A stretch of DNA of 32,000 nt from Candidatus Saccharimonadota bacterium (GTDB lineage: Bacteria > Pseudomonadota > Gammaproteobacteria > Enterobacterales > Enterobacteriaceae). A program made the translations under genes and the position numbers. The notes under the pieces are model-generated. The model had not been told where the DNA came from. It saw only the letters and a program-made list of their open reading frames with translations, and did no database searches. The stretch lies in contig CP188086.1 of the NCBI GenBank assembly GCA_049942765.1, positions 480,001-512,000 on the forward strand, read 5' to 3'. Below are positions 22,693 through 31,281 of the stretch, piece by piece (position 1 is the stretch's first letter; each line of letters begins with the position of its first letter).

Positions 22693-24621
22693 CTAATCCT
22701 CCATCTGAGACAAAACACGATTCTGATTTTCTAATTGTAATTTTTTAATCATAATATTGATATCAGACATCAAAAAATTTTTTCCAGACCTAGAACGTAC
22801 TGTAACTGTTGATTGTTCTTCTTCCTTAGGTCCACATATAAAAATATATGGAATTTTAGAAATAATAGCATCTCTTACTTTAAAATTCATTTTTTCATTT
22901 CTTAAATCCATTTTTACACGAATATTAGATGTTAATAATATATTTGTAATATTTTTTACATAATTAATTTGTTTTGTATGTATATTCATTACTAACACTT
23001 GTATAGGTGATAACCAAAAAGGAAAATTACCAGAATATTCTTCTATTAAAATACCAATAAAACGTTCTAAAGAACCTAATATAGCTCTGTGTATTATTAT
23101 TGGCGATTGACGTACATTATATTGATTAATATAATACGAATTCAACCGTGTTGATAAATAAAAATCAAGTTGAATTGTACCACATTGCCAAGTTCTATTT
23201 AGAGAATCTTGTAAAATAAATTCAATTTTTGGTCCATAAAAAGCTCCTTCCCCAGGTTGATAATCGAAATGTAAGTTACGCTTTTTTAACACATTAATTA
23301 ATTCTTGTTCAGATTTATCCCATATTACTTGATTTCCAATGCTATGATCAGGCCTAGTAGATAACTTAATTAATATTTTTTTAAAACCAAATGTCTGATA
23401 TACATCAAACAACATTTGTATGCATGAATCAATTTCTTGACCAATTTGTTCTTCTGTACAAAAGATATGAGCATCATCTTGTGTAAACGAACGAACCCTC
23501 ATTAATCCATGTAATGATCCAGATGATTCTTGTCGATGACAACTACCAAATTCAGCCATACGAATTGGTAAATCACGATAGGACTTTAAACCTTGATTAA
23601 AAATTTGAACATGTCCTGGACAATTCATAGGTTTTATACAATATTGACGATTTTCAGAATTAGTAACAAACATCGATTCTTTATAATTATCCCAATGACC
23701 ACTAGATTTCCAAATATTATAATCCATCATAAGTGGAGTTTTACATTCTTGATAATTATATTCAAAATATTTACTACGAATAAATTCTTCTAATATTCTA
23801 AACAATATTAAACCATTAGAATGCCAAAAAACCATACCTGGCGCATCTTCTTGCATATGATACAAATTTAGTTTTTTATTAATACTTCTATGATCACGAT
23901 TTTTTATTAACTTTAAATTATTCAAATATACGCTCAAATCTTTATTTTTTAAAAAAACTAATCCATTTACTCGATATAACATTTTATTAAGACAACTATT
24001 TTTCCAATAAGCACCTGAAATAGAATGCAATTTAAAATTATTACAAAAAGATATATTTGGTACTTGTACACCAATGTCAAAATCTACATGAGATTGATGA
24101 TAATATAACGAAATATAATCATTGACACTTATTTTTTCTTTTAATAACTCCACCTTATAAGGTTCTTGCTTTAAAGTAAAAAGTTTAATTGATTCTTGCA
24201 AAGTTAAACGTTGAATAACAATATCAAAAGATAATTTTACGATATCAAACATTTTTATTTCTAAAATATTCAAATCACGTTCAATAACATTCTTATCTAC
24301 TTCAAAATCATAAAAAAAACTATTTTTAACTCCACCAAAATTTGCTAATTGAGCTTGAGGCCATATAAGTTTAATTGCATACCCCAACAAATGTACACAA
24401 GAATTGCGAATAAAATCTATAGCTATATGTTCAGTACTATAAATAAAATTAACTCTACAATCATTTTTTACAATTGTGTTTAAATTCACCAACTCATCAT
24501 TTATATATCCGCCTACACATTTACTATACATTTTTGGACATTTATACTTCAAAAGCTCTATTAATGAAACCGGATGATTACATATATACTGTTCTCCGTC
24601 ATAAAAAGAAACAACCGACAT
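22693..24621 (-). CDS. thrS: threonine--tRNA ligase
   Basis: 642 aa (same length as E. coli). DHR, LYHMQE.APGMVFWH, CIKPMNCPGHVQIFNQGLKSYRDLP.RMAEFGSCHR.E.SGSLHGLMRVR.FTQDDAHIFCTEEQI, GEGAFYGPKIEF, HRAILGS.ERFIGIL.EE. Confidence 0.97.
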   Translation of the reverse strand: MSVVSFYDGEQYICNHPVSLIELLKYKCPKMYSKCVGGYINDELVNLNTIVKNDCRVNFIYSTEHIAIDFIRNSCVHLLGYAIKLIWPQAQLANFGGVKNSFFYDFEVDKNVIERDLNILEIKMFDIVKLSFDIVIQRLTLQESIKLFTLKQEPYKVELLKEKISVNDYISLYYHQSHVDFDIGVQVPNISFCNNFKLHSISGAYWKNSCLNKMLYRVNGLVFLKNKDLSVYLNNLKLIKNRDHRSINKKLNLYHMQEDAPGMVFWHSNGLILFRILEEFIRSKYFEYNYQECKTPLMMDYNIWKSSGHWDNYKESMFVTNSENRQYCIKPMNCPGHVQIFNQGLKSYRDLPIRMAEFGSCHRQESSGSLHGLMRVRSFTQDDAHIFCTEEQIGQEIDSCIQMLFDVYQTFGFKKILIKLSTRPDHSIGNQVIWDKSEQELINVLKKRNLHFDYQPGEGAFYGPKIEFILQDSLNRTWQCGTIQLDFYLSTRLNSYYINQYNVRQSPIIIHRAILGSLERFIGILIEEYSGNFPFWLSPIQVLVMNIHTKQINYVKNITNILLTSNIRVKMDLRNEKMNFKVRDAIISKIPYIFICGPKEEEQSTVTVRSRSGKNFLMSDINIMIKKLQLENQNRVLSQMED

Positions 24622-24849
24622 AACTCATCCTTAAATATAAGAAATACATAATAATATTAATAATACATACTATATCTATAGTTAATATTATATAAAAATA
24701 ATATTAATTATATTAAAATATTAATTATATTCATATATTGATAAATAATTCATATATATATATGAAAATATTAAATTCTATAAATATTTTAAATATTAAA
24801 ATCACAAAAATAAATATTTTTATTAAAAAAATTTATAATAACCAACTCT

Positions 24850-25896
24850 TTAAAACCTAGTATCTACAGCATTTGCTAAATCATCTATAATATCCACACT
24901 ATCTGACCAAGATAGACAAGGATCGGTTATAGATTGACCATACTTCAACATATTTTTATTATTAATAGATTGAGTACCTTCTTCTAAAAAACTCTCAATC
25001 ATTACTCCTGTTATAGAAACAGTACCATTTTTAATCTGTTGAACAATAGAACGAGATACTTTTTTTTGTAAAATATGCTGTTTTAAACAATTTCCATGGC
25101 TAAAATCAATCATCAAATACTCAGGTAATTTAAATAATCGCAACTTTTCTACTGCAATTTCTATATCTGAGCTATGATAGTTAGGATGCTCACCTCCTCT
25201 CATAATCACATGACAAAAAGGATTACCACTAGTATGATTAATTGTCATTTGACCATTTTTATTTGGTGCTAAAAACAAATGCCTAACTCTTGTTGCTCTA
25301 ATAGCATCAATAGCAATGCTAATATTTCCATCAGTTCCATTTTTAAAACCAACCGGACATGACAAAGCAGACGCCATTTCTCGATGAATCTGACTTTCTG
25401 TAGTTCTAGCACCTATTGCTCCCCAACTAATTAAATCAGCAATAAACTGACCAATTACCATGTCTAAAAATTCTGTAGCAGAAGGAACACCAATAGAATT
25501 AATATCCAACAATAATTTTCTAGCAATATCTAATCCATGATTTACTCTAAAGCTCCCATCTAAATCAGGATCAGCTATCAAACCTTTCCAACCTACTACA
25601 GTTCTAGGTTTTTCAAAATAAGTTCTCATCACAATTTCTAATCTACTACTATATCTTTTCCTCAATACATTAAGACGATTCGCATACTCCATAGCTGCAA
25701 TTGGATCATGTACTGAACAGGGACCTATGATAACTAATAATCGTTTGTCTTTACCAGTGATAATATTGGAAATATTCTTTCTAGTAATAATAACATTATC
25801 CATTATCTCAGGAGTTATCACATGTTTTTTTGCTAATTCTAATGGAGTAATTAATGGATCAATACGAATAGTACGTAATTCATCTGTTTTTTTCAT
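24850..25896 (-). CDS. aroH: 3-deoxy-7-phosphoheptulonate (DAHP) synthase, AroH-like class I
   Basis: 348 aa, same length as E. coli AroH. TDELRT.RI, DKRLLVIIGPCS.HD, RLEIVMRTYFEKPRTVVGWKGLI.DPDL.GS.RVNHGL, FLDMV.GQFIADLISWGAIGARTTESQIHREMASALSCPVGFKNGTDGN, DFSHGNC.KQH and C-terminal AVDTRF. Confidence 0.95.
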   Translation of the reverse strand: MKKTDELRTIRIDPLITPLELAKKHVITPEIMDNVIITRKNISNIITGKDKRLLVIIGPCSVHDPIAAMEYANRLNVLRKRYSSRLEIVMRTYFEKPRTVVGWKGLIADPDLDGSFRVNHGLDIARKLLLDINSIGVPSATEFLDMVIGQFIADLISWGAIGARTTESQIHREMASALSCPVGFKNGTDGNISIAIDAIRATRVRHLFLAPNKNGQMTINHTSGNPFCHVIMRGGEHPNYHSSDIEIAVEKLRLFKLPEYLMIDFSHGNCLKQHILQKKVSRSIVQQIKNGTVSITGVMIESFLEEGTQSINNKNMLKYGQSITDPCLSWSDSVDIIDDLANAVDTRF

Positions 25897-26097
25897 GTTG
25901 TTCTCTATAATCTAGTATTAGAAAAAAATAAGGATAAATAACTAATATATAAGTAAAATATTATATATTAATAATAACATATTAAGATATATTAATTTAT
26001 TAATATCAAATGAAAAAAATAATAATAAATACACTGATATTAATAATATAAATTATGATAAAATATAAAATAAACTAATTATCCCAGAAATAGACCA

Positions 26098-26139
26098 TAA
26101 ACTACATATATTCATATTAATATGAATATATGTAGTTTA
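26098..26139. repeat. perfect 42-bp palindrome (21-bp arms, no spacer)
   Basis: TAAACTACATATATTCATATT|AATATGAATATATGTAGTTTA. I verified base by base that the right arm is the exact reverse complement of the left. It lies 135 nt downstream of the ydiK stop and 201 nt upstream of the aroH start, both on the minus strand. Confidence 0.9.
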
Positions 26140-26274
26140 CTACTTATCATTTACAATATTAAAAAAAACATCCATATAATTAAAAACCTTATATCAAAAT
26201 ATTTTAAAAAACTCTTTATTCTCAATATAAATATTATTAATAATAAAAAAAATATTAATAAATATAAAAAATCT

Positions 26275-27375
26275 TTAGAATTTATTATTCTTTTTTATAC
26301 TTTTATCTACTAACAATTCTGAAATAGGTGCAGTATTCATCCAATCTATAATAAATTTATATGAAATTACTAATATTACAGGACCTAAAAAAACTCCAAT
26401 CATACCAAAAATTAATAAACCACCTATAGCACCTGCAACACTTATCAAAGTAGGTAGACCGCCTCCTCCCATAGTAATTAAAAATGGACGTAATATGCTA
26501 TCTAACATACCAATGCCAATACACCATAATACAAATAAAAAACTACAAGTAGAACTACTATTTAAAAACAACCATATCATAGCTGGTATTAAAGCAAGCA
26601 AGGGACCTAATTGTATTAAACAAAAAAAAATTACTAAAATAATGAACAAACAAAAATAAGGAATTCCAAAGATTATCAATCCCAATCCAGACAAAAAAAT
26701 TTGTAATAATGAAGTTACAATAATACCTAAAGCAACTGAACGAATTGATTTTCCAGCTAATAAAACTATAGAATGACCTGATGTTGATCCTAATCTAAAA
26801 GCAAAATGTCTAATCGCATCTTCTATTTTTTCTCCATTCCAATACAAAAAACCACTAAAAATAACAATACAAATTAAATGTACAACGAATTTTCCTAATT
26901 TACCAGCTTGAACTAAAAAAAATATGCTAGTATAGCTCATATATGGACGAATATGTGCAATTAACAACGAACCCTCGTTTTTTAATAAATTTTGATATTT
27001 AAAAAACAAACCACAACCAATAACAGGAATATCTTTTAACCAAATTAATTTTGGAAGTTGTAAATTACCAGCATGTAACCAATTAATAAAAGGAAGGCTA
27101 TTATCAATAACATTATTAACTAAAACAATTATAGGAATAAAAAATAACAAAAATAATAAAAATATCATGACAACAACTGATAAAATCCGTTTACCACCTA
27201 ATATATATTCCAACTTTAATAACAGTGGCCAAGTAGAAATAACAATCATTACCGACCAGGATAGGGATAAAAAAAACGGATAAATAATTAAAAAACTTGC
27301 AGACATCATAATTACAATAAACATTCCTAAAAAAATTTTTTGTATTAAATTTGTCTCTTCTTGTTGTTTATACAT
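26275..27375 (-). CDS. ydiK: AI-2E/PerM-family inner membrane transporter
   Basis: Polytopic membrane protein collinear with E. coli YdiK (370 aa): TWPLLLKL, LYWNGE, IRHFA.RL, RSVALGI.VT.L.Q, LIQLGPL..LIPA.IWL, LD...RP.LI, GGL..FGMIG.F.GPV.L. The ORF-track start at 27393 is a TTG overlapping GAGGT. The ATG at 27375 gives 366 aa. Confidence 0.85.
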   Translation of the reverse strand: MYKQQEETNLIQKIFLGMFIVIMMSASFLIIYPFFLSLSWSVMIVISTWPLLLKLEYILGGKRILSVVVMIFLLFLLFFIPIIVLVNNVIDNSLPFINWLHAGNLQLPKLIWLKDIPVIGCGLFFKYQNLLKNEGSLLIAHIRPYMSYTSIFFLVQAGKLGKFVVHLICIVIFSGFLYWNGEKIEDAIRHFAFRLGSTSGHSIVLLAGKSIRSVALGIIVTSLLQIFLSGLGLIIFGIPYFCLFIILVIFFCLIQLGPLLALIPAMIWLFLNSSSTCSFLFVLWCIGIGMLDSILRPFLITMGGGGLPTLISVAGAIGGLLIFGMIGVFLGPVILVISYKFIIDWMNTAPISELLVDKSIKKNNKF

Positions 27376-28027
27376 ATAAAAATTATACCTCAAATGTTTT
27401 TAATTATTTTCTCATCACAAAAATTGTTATATTTATATATAAAAAAACAATATTATTACAAAAAAATTAATTAATACTCTTATTCATTAATAAAAAATAG
27501 AACCAAGAAATATTAAAACTAAATTGTTAATATTTTTTTGTATATTTTAAATATATAAATTATGATTTTGTTGAACATAACCAAAAATACCATACATTTA
27601 TATATGTATCTTAAAAAAAATAATTATTTTTAACACAATAAATTTATATCTTATTACATGTGTTTTTCATTAAAAATTTTTTATATAATAAAATTAAATA
27701 CTTGTACTTAATAAATTAAATTAACGGATTATTATCATTTTAAAAACAATTAACTAAAAAAAATATAATTCCATAAAACCTATTAAAACAATATATCAAA
27801 TTAAAAAAATAATTAATTTGTAATTGATAAAACAATGATGCAATCTTTTTCATAAAAAAATAACATATATTATATATCAAACTAAACTACTAAAAATAAC
27901 CACTATAAGATCATAAAATGTATTAATTTAACTGTTAATTTATTAACAATCAAAATAAAAATTTTTTTTAAAATAAAACACTAATATTATTAATTATGAA
28001 TTAATAAAATGATTATGAGAAACAACT

Positions 28028-28402
28028 ATGATTATAAAACATATAAAAACAAAACAAATAAAAACAACCTTAACAGGAATAACTATTACTAAAAAAGCAT
28101 ATGAACAAATTCACAATCTTATTAAAAATTCAAATAACATAATAGGAATTAGAATTAACATTAAAAAATCTGGATGTGCAGGTTTTCGTTATTTTTTAGA
28201 AAAAATAAACACAACAAAATCATCAGAAATAATATTTAATTACAAAAATTTTATAATATCTATTCCAAAACAGGACATCAACATCATTGATGGAACAACA
28301 ATAGATTTTATACAAGAAGGTATTAACGAAATATTTAAATTTTATAATACCAAGATCAATACTTTTTGTGGATGTGGAGAAAGCTTTGAACTAAAATCAT
28401 AA
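28028..28402 (+). CDS. sufA: A-type iron-sulfur cluster carrier (SufA/IscA/HesB family)
   Basis: 124 aa. SGCAGFRY and IDGTTIDFIQEGINEIFKFYNTKINTFCGCGESF closely match E. coli SufA ([42 protein letters not shown]). All three cluster-ligand Cys are present. Confidence 0.85.
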   Translation: MIIKHIKTKQIKTTLTGITITKKAYEQIHNLIKNSNNIIGIRINIKKSGCAGFRYFLEKINTTKSSEIIFNYKNFIISIPKQDINIIDGTTIDFIQEGINEIFKFYNTKINTFCGCGESFELKS

Positions 28403-28409
28403 CAAATAA

Positions 28410-28435
28410 ATGATTAATATGAAAATATTAATCAT
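28410..28435. terminator. AT-only hairpin between convergent sufA and tyrS
   Basis: Perfect 11-bp arms ATGATTAATAT / ATATTAATCAT around a GAAA tetraloop (28421-28424). On the minus strand it is followed by UUAUUUGUUA, so it fits best as a tyrS terminator. The stem has no G:C pairs, so it is weak. Confidence 0.3.
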
Positions 28436-28451
28436 AATAATAAAATTATAA

Positions 28452-29729
28452 TTACTGCCAATATAATAAACTATAATTTTTTTTTCCACGTTTTAATAAT
28501 GTAAATTTACCAAATAACTTATCATGACTATTAAAAATATATGTAACTGTTGATACTTTTACATGGTTAATAGAAATTGCATTAGAAATAATCATATTTC
28601 TAGCTTGAGATCTAGACTGAGCTAATTCCGAAATAACCAATACAGATAGTAAATCCTTTTGTCCATACAACTTAAATACTGGCATACCATCTTTCTTTAA
28701 CTGATAAAAATCTGATTCTTGCATATTAGAAAATTGTCCATGAAATAAACAAGTAGAAATTCTAACAGCTGACAATAATCCTTTAATACCATGTACTAAC
28801 TTAGTCATTTCTCTTGCTAATAAGATTCTATCCTGCTGCATATTAGATAACGAAGAACTAGAAGATTCCATAGATACAATCTCAGAATACTCTAAAAAAG
28901 TAAACCATTTTAGAAAAGAATACAAAGATTCATCAGATGTATTAATCCAAAACTGATAAAATTTATATGGACTAGTCTTATCAGGATCTAACCAAACGAC
29001 ATCTCGTTCAGTTTTTCCAAATTTATTACCATTATTTTGAGTTAATAACGGCAAGGTTAAACCAAAAACATTTTTATTACTTACCTGACGAACTAATTTA
29101 ATTCCTGAAGTAATATTACCCCATTGATCAGATCCGCCAATTTGTAAACATACTTGATGTTGTTGATTTAAAATTAAAAAATCATATGCTTGAAATAAAC
29201 TATATGAAAATTCTGTAAAAGAAATACCATTTCCAAAACGATTAATCCTATGTTTTACAGAATCCTTATTAATCATTTGAGTAATAGAAAAATGTTTTCC
29301 AATATTACGAAAAAAATGTAAAAAATCAATTTTACTGAACCAATCATAATTATTAACAATTTTAGCAGCATTTTTAGAACTATCAAAATCTAAAAATAAA
29401 GATACTTGCTTAGAAATTTTTTTTTCCCAGTTATGAACTGTATCATAGTTACATAACTGTCTTTCCAAATTTTTAAAACTAGGATCTCCTATTAAACTTG
29501 TAGCACCTCCTATTAAAACTATAGGTTTATGTCCTAATATTTGAAAATGTTTCAATACAATTAATGGCAATAAATGACCAACGTGTAAACTATCAGCCGT
29601 AGGATCAAATCCACAATATAACGAAATCACAGAACTATTAGTTAATTGAAACAATTTTTTTTCATCACTAATTTGAAATATTAAATTTCTTAATTTAAGT
29701 GAATCAATTATATTGTTATTATTCATCAT
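28452..29729 (-). CDS. tyrS: tyrosine--tRNA ligase
   Basis: 425 aa (E. coli 424). YCGFDPTADSLHVGHL (HIGH motif), GGATSLIGDPSFK, GISFTEFSY, QIGGSDQWGNITSG, KFGKTE (KMSKS-type), TSPYKFYQFWINT, LLKRGKKNY. Confidence 0.96.
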   Translation of the reverse strand: MMNNNNIIDSLKLRNLIFQISDEKKLFQLTNSSVISLYCGFDPTADSLHVGHLLPLIVLKHFQILGHKPIVLIGGATSLIGDPSFKNLERQLCNYDTVHNWEKKISKQVSLFLDFDSSKNAAKIVNNYDWFSKIDFLHFFRNIGKHFSITQMINKDSVKHRINRFGNGISFTEFSYSLFQAYDFLILNQQHQVCLQIGGSDQWGNITSGIKLVRQVSNKNVFGLTLPLLTQNNGNKFGKTERDVVWLDPDKTSPYKFYQFWINTSDESLYSFLKWFTFLEYSEIVSMESSSSSLSNMQQDRILLAREMTKLVHGIKGLLSAVRISTCLFHGQFSNMQESDFYQLKKDGMPVFKLYGQKDLLSVLVISELAQSRSQARNMIISNAISINHVKVSTVTYIFNSHDKLFGKFTLLKRGKKNYSLLYWQ

Positions 29730-29959
29730 GAAATCCCTGATTATAAATTATTATTTATAAAAGAAATCTAAAAAAAAATAATATTATTATTTAATACAAA
29801 AAATACAAAACAAAATATATCCATATATTCTTTAACCAACTTTATTAATATTTAAAAAAAATATCTAATATAGAGTATATTACCTATCAGTTAATTTTTA
29901 TATTACAACAATACCATAAAAAATTAATATATATCAAATAATACTAATATTATACATCA

Positions 29960-30583
29960 TTAATCATTGTATTCACACCAAACACGAATACAACAAATAT
30001 TACATTTTGGCTTACGTGCAGTGCAAACATAACGACCATGTAAAACAAACCAATTATGAACATAAAGTTTAAATATTGGGTCAACATATTTATTTAAATT
30101 ATTTTCTATATTTTTTAACGTATGACCAGAAACAAAATTTGTTCTACGACATACTCTAAATACATGAGTATCAACTGCAATTACAGGATAATGAAATATT
30201 GTATTTAATATAACATTAGCAGTTTTTCTTCCTACTCCAGGCAACGATTCTAAATCTTTTCTTGTTCCAGGTACTTTGCTAGAATATGCACTAATAATAA
30301 TTGAACATAACTGAATTATACTATTCGCTTTTTTATTAAATAAACCAATACTTTTAATATAAAACTTTAATTTATCCACTCCTAAATTTAATATTTTACT
30401 AGGTGTATTAGCTATTCTATACAATTTTTTAGTTACACGATTTACATTGATGTCAGTAGATTGTGCTGATAAAATTACAGCAATTAATAATTCAAATGCT
30501 GATGAATAATTTAATTCAGTAACAGGATATGGCATTAATTGATTAAACGTATTTAAAATTTTATTTCTTTTATATTGATTCAT
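29960..30583 (-). CDS. nth: endonuclease III
   Basis: 207 aa. ELN.SS.FELLIAV.LSAQ.TD, helix-hairpin-helix LPGVGRKTANV.LNT, AVDTH.FRV..RT and the C-terminal 4Fe-4S motif CTARKPKCNICCIRVWC (C-x6-C-x2-C-x5-C). Confidence 0.95.
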   Translation of the reverse strand: MNQYKRNKILNTFNQLMPYPVTELNYSSAFELLIAVILSAQSTDINVNRVTKKLYRIANTPSKILNLGVDKLKFYIKSIGLFNKKANSIIQLCSIIISAYSSKVPGTRKDLESLPGVGRKTANVILNTIFHYPVIAVDTHVFRVCRRTNFVSGHTLKNIENNLNKYVDPIFKLYVHNWFVLHGRYVCTARKPKCNICCIRVWCEYND

Positions 30584-30648
30584 ACTAGCAATTTTTCATT
30601 AGTAAAAAAAAATAAAAAACATTAAATATATAATTTATATAATAAATA

Positions 30649-31281
30649 TTATTTTTCTAAAAAAGATTTTAGTATCAACATACAAGCTAATAAAATAAAT
30701 GAACCTGGAGGTATACAAAATAACAACATAGTATTCTCAGGAGCAATTAATCTTAAATAACTATCATCACCTAAAACATGAAAAACATGATTTATACCAT
30801 AAAATATGGTACCATGACCTATAATCTCTCTAATAATTCCTAAAAATATCATAGATAACGTTAAACCAACACCAGTAAATAATCCATCTAAAAAACTAAT
30901 CAATATATTTGTTTTAGAGGCTACTAGTTCAACTCGACCAAGTACAATACAATTAGTAATGATTAATGGAATAAAAATACCTAAAGAAGAATACAAATCA
31001 AACGAATATGCATGAATTAACATTTCCACAATAGATACTATTGATGATATAATTATCACATATATAGGAATACGAATGTTATGAAATATATAGTTTCTTA
31101 ATATCGATATTATACTATTACTTAATACTAAAACTATAGTAGTAGCTAATCCTAAACTAATAGCATTAACAAAACTAGTGGTAACAGCTAAAACAGGACA
31201 TAAACCTATTAACTGAACTAAAACAGAATTATTTGTCCATAAACTATCTATGCAATGATTTCTAACTTTATTTATTGACAT
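30649..31281 (-). CDS. rnfE: Rnf/Rsx electron-transport complex subunit E
   Basis: 210 aa. LW.NNS.LVQL.GLCP.LAVT, IRIPIYV.II.S.VS.V.ML..AY.F.LY.SLGIFIPLI.TNC.V.GR, REIIG.GT.F: collinear with E. coli RsxE but lacking its C-terminal tail. The start overlaps rnfG by 14 nt. Confidence 0.93.
   Translation of the reverse strand: MSINKVRNHCIDSLWTNNSVLVQLIGLCPVLAVTTSFVNAISLGLATTIVLVLSNSIISILRNYIFHNIRIPIYVIIISSIVSIVEMLIHAYSFDLYSSLGIFIPLIITNCIVLGRVELVASKTNILISFLDGLFTGVGLTLSMIFLGIIREIIGHGTIFYGINHVFHVLGDDSYLRLIAPENTMLLFCIPPGSFILLACMLILKSFLEK

Noticed and set aside
22757-23793. Plus-strand ORFs 22757-22963 and 23593-23793 inside thrS, and 25727-25915 over the aroH start
   Set aside because: These are antisense shadow ORFs with no motifs.
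26098-26139. The 42-bp palindrome as a TrpR operator for aroH
   Set aside because: The E. coli TrpR operator core (ACTAGTTAACTAGT-like) is not present. Only the ACTA...TAGT ends are reminiscent, and at the wrong spacing. Reduced endosymbionts of this type are not known to keep trpR. I kept the palindrome as a finding but not this interpretation.
26122-26313. 63-aa plus-strand intergenic ORF (MNICSLLLIIYNIKKNIHIIKN...)
   Set aside because: It starts inside the 42-bp palindrome and runs into the 3' end of ydiK. It is pure I/K/N low complexity with no Shine-Dalgarno. This is what random AT-rich sequence would yield.
27727-27739. Fur-box-like GATTATTATCATT upstream of sufA
   Set aside because: It is a partial match to an AT-rich consensus in AT-rich DNA. 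It lies about 290 bp from the sufA start, and the cognate regulator is probably absent. It is mentioned only as a fossil possibility.
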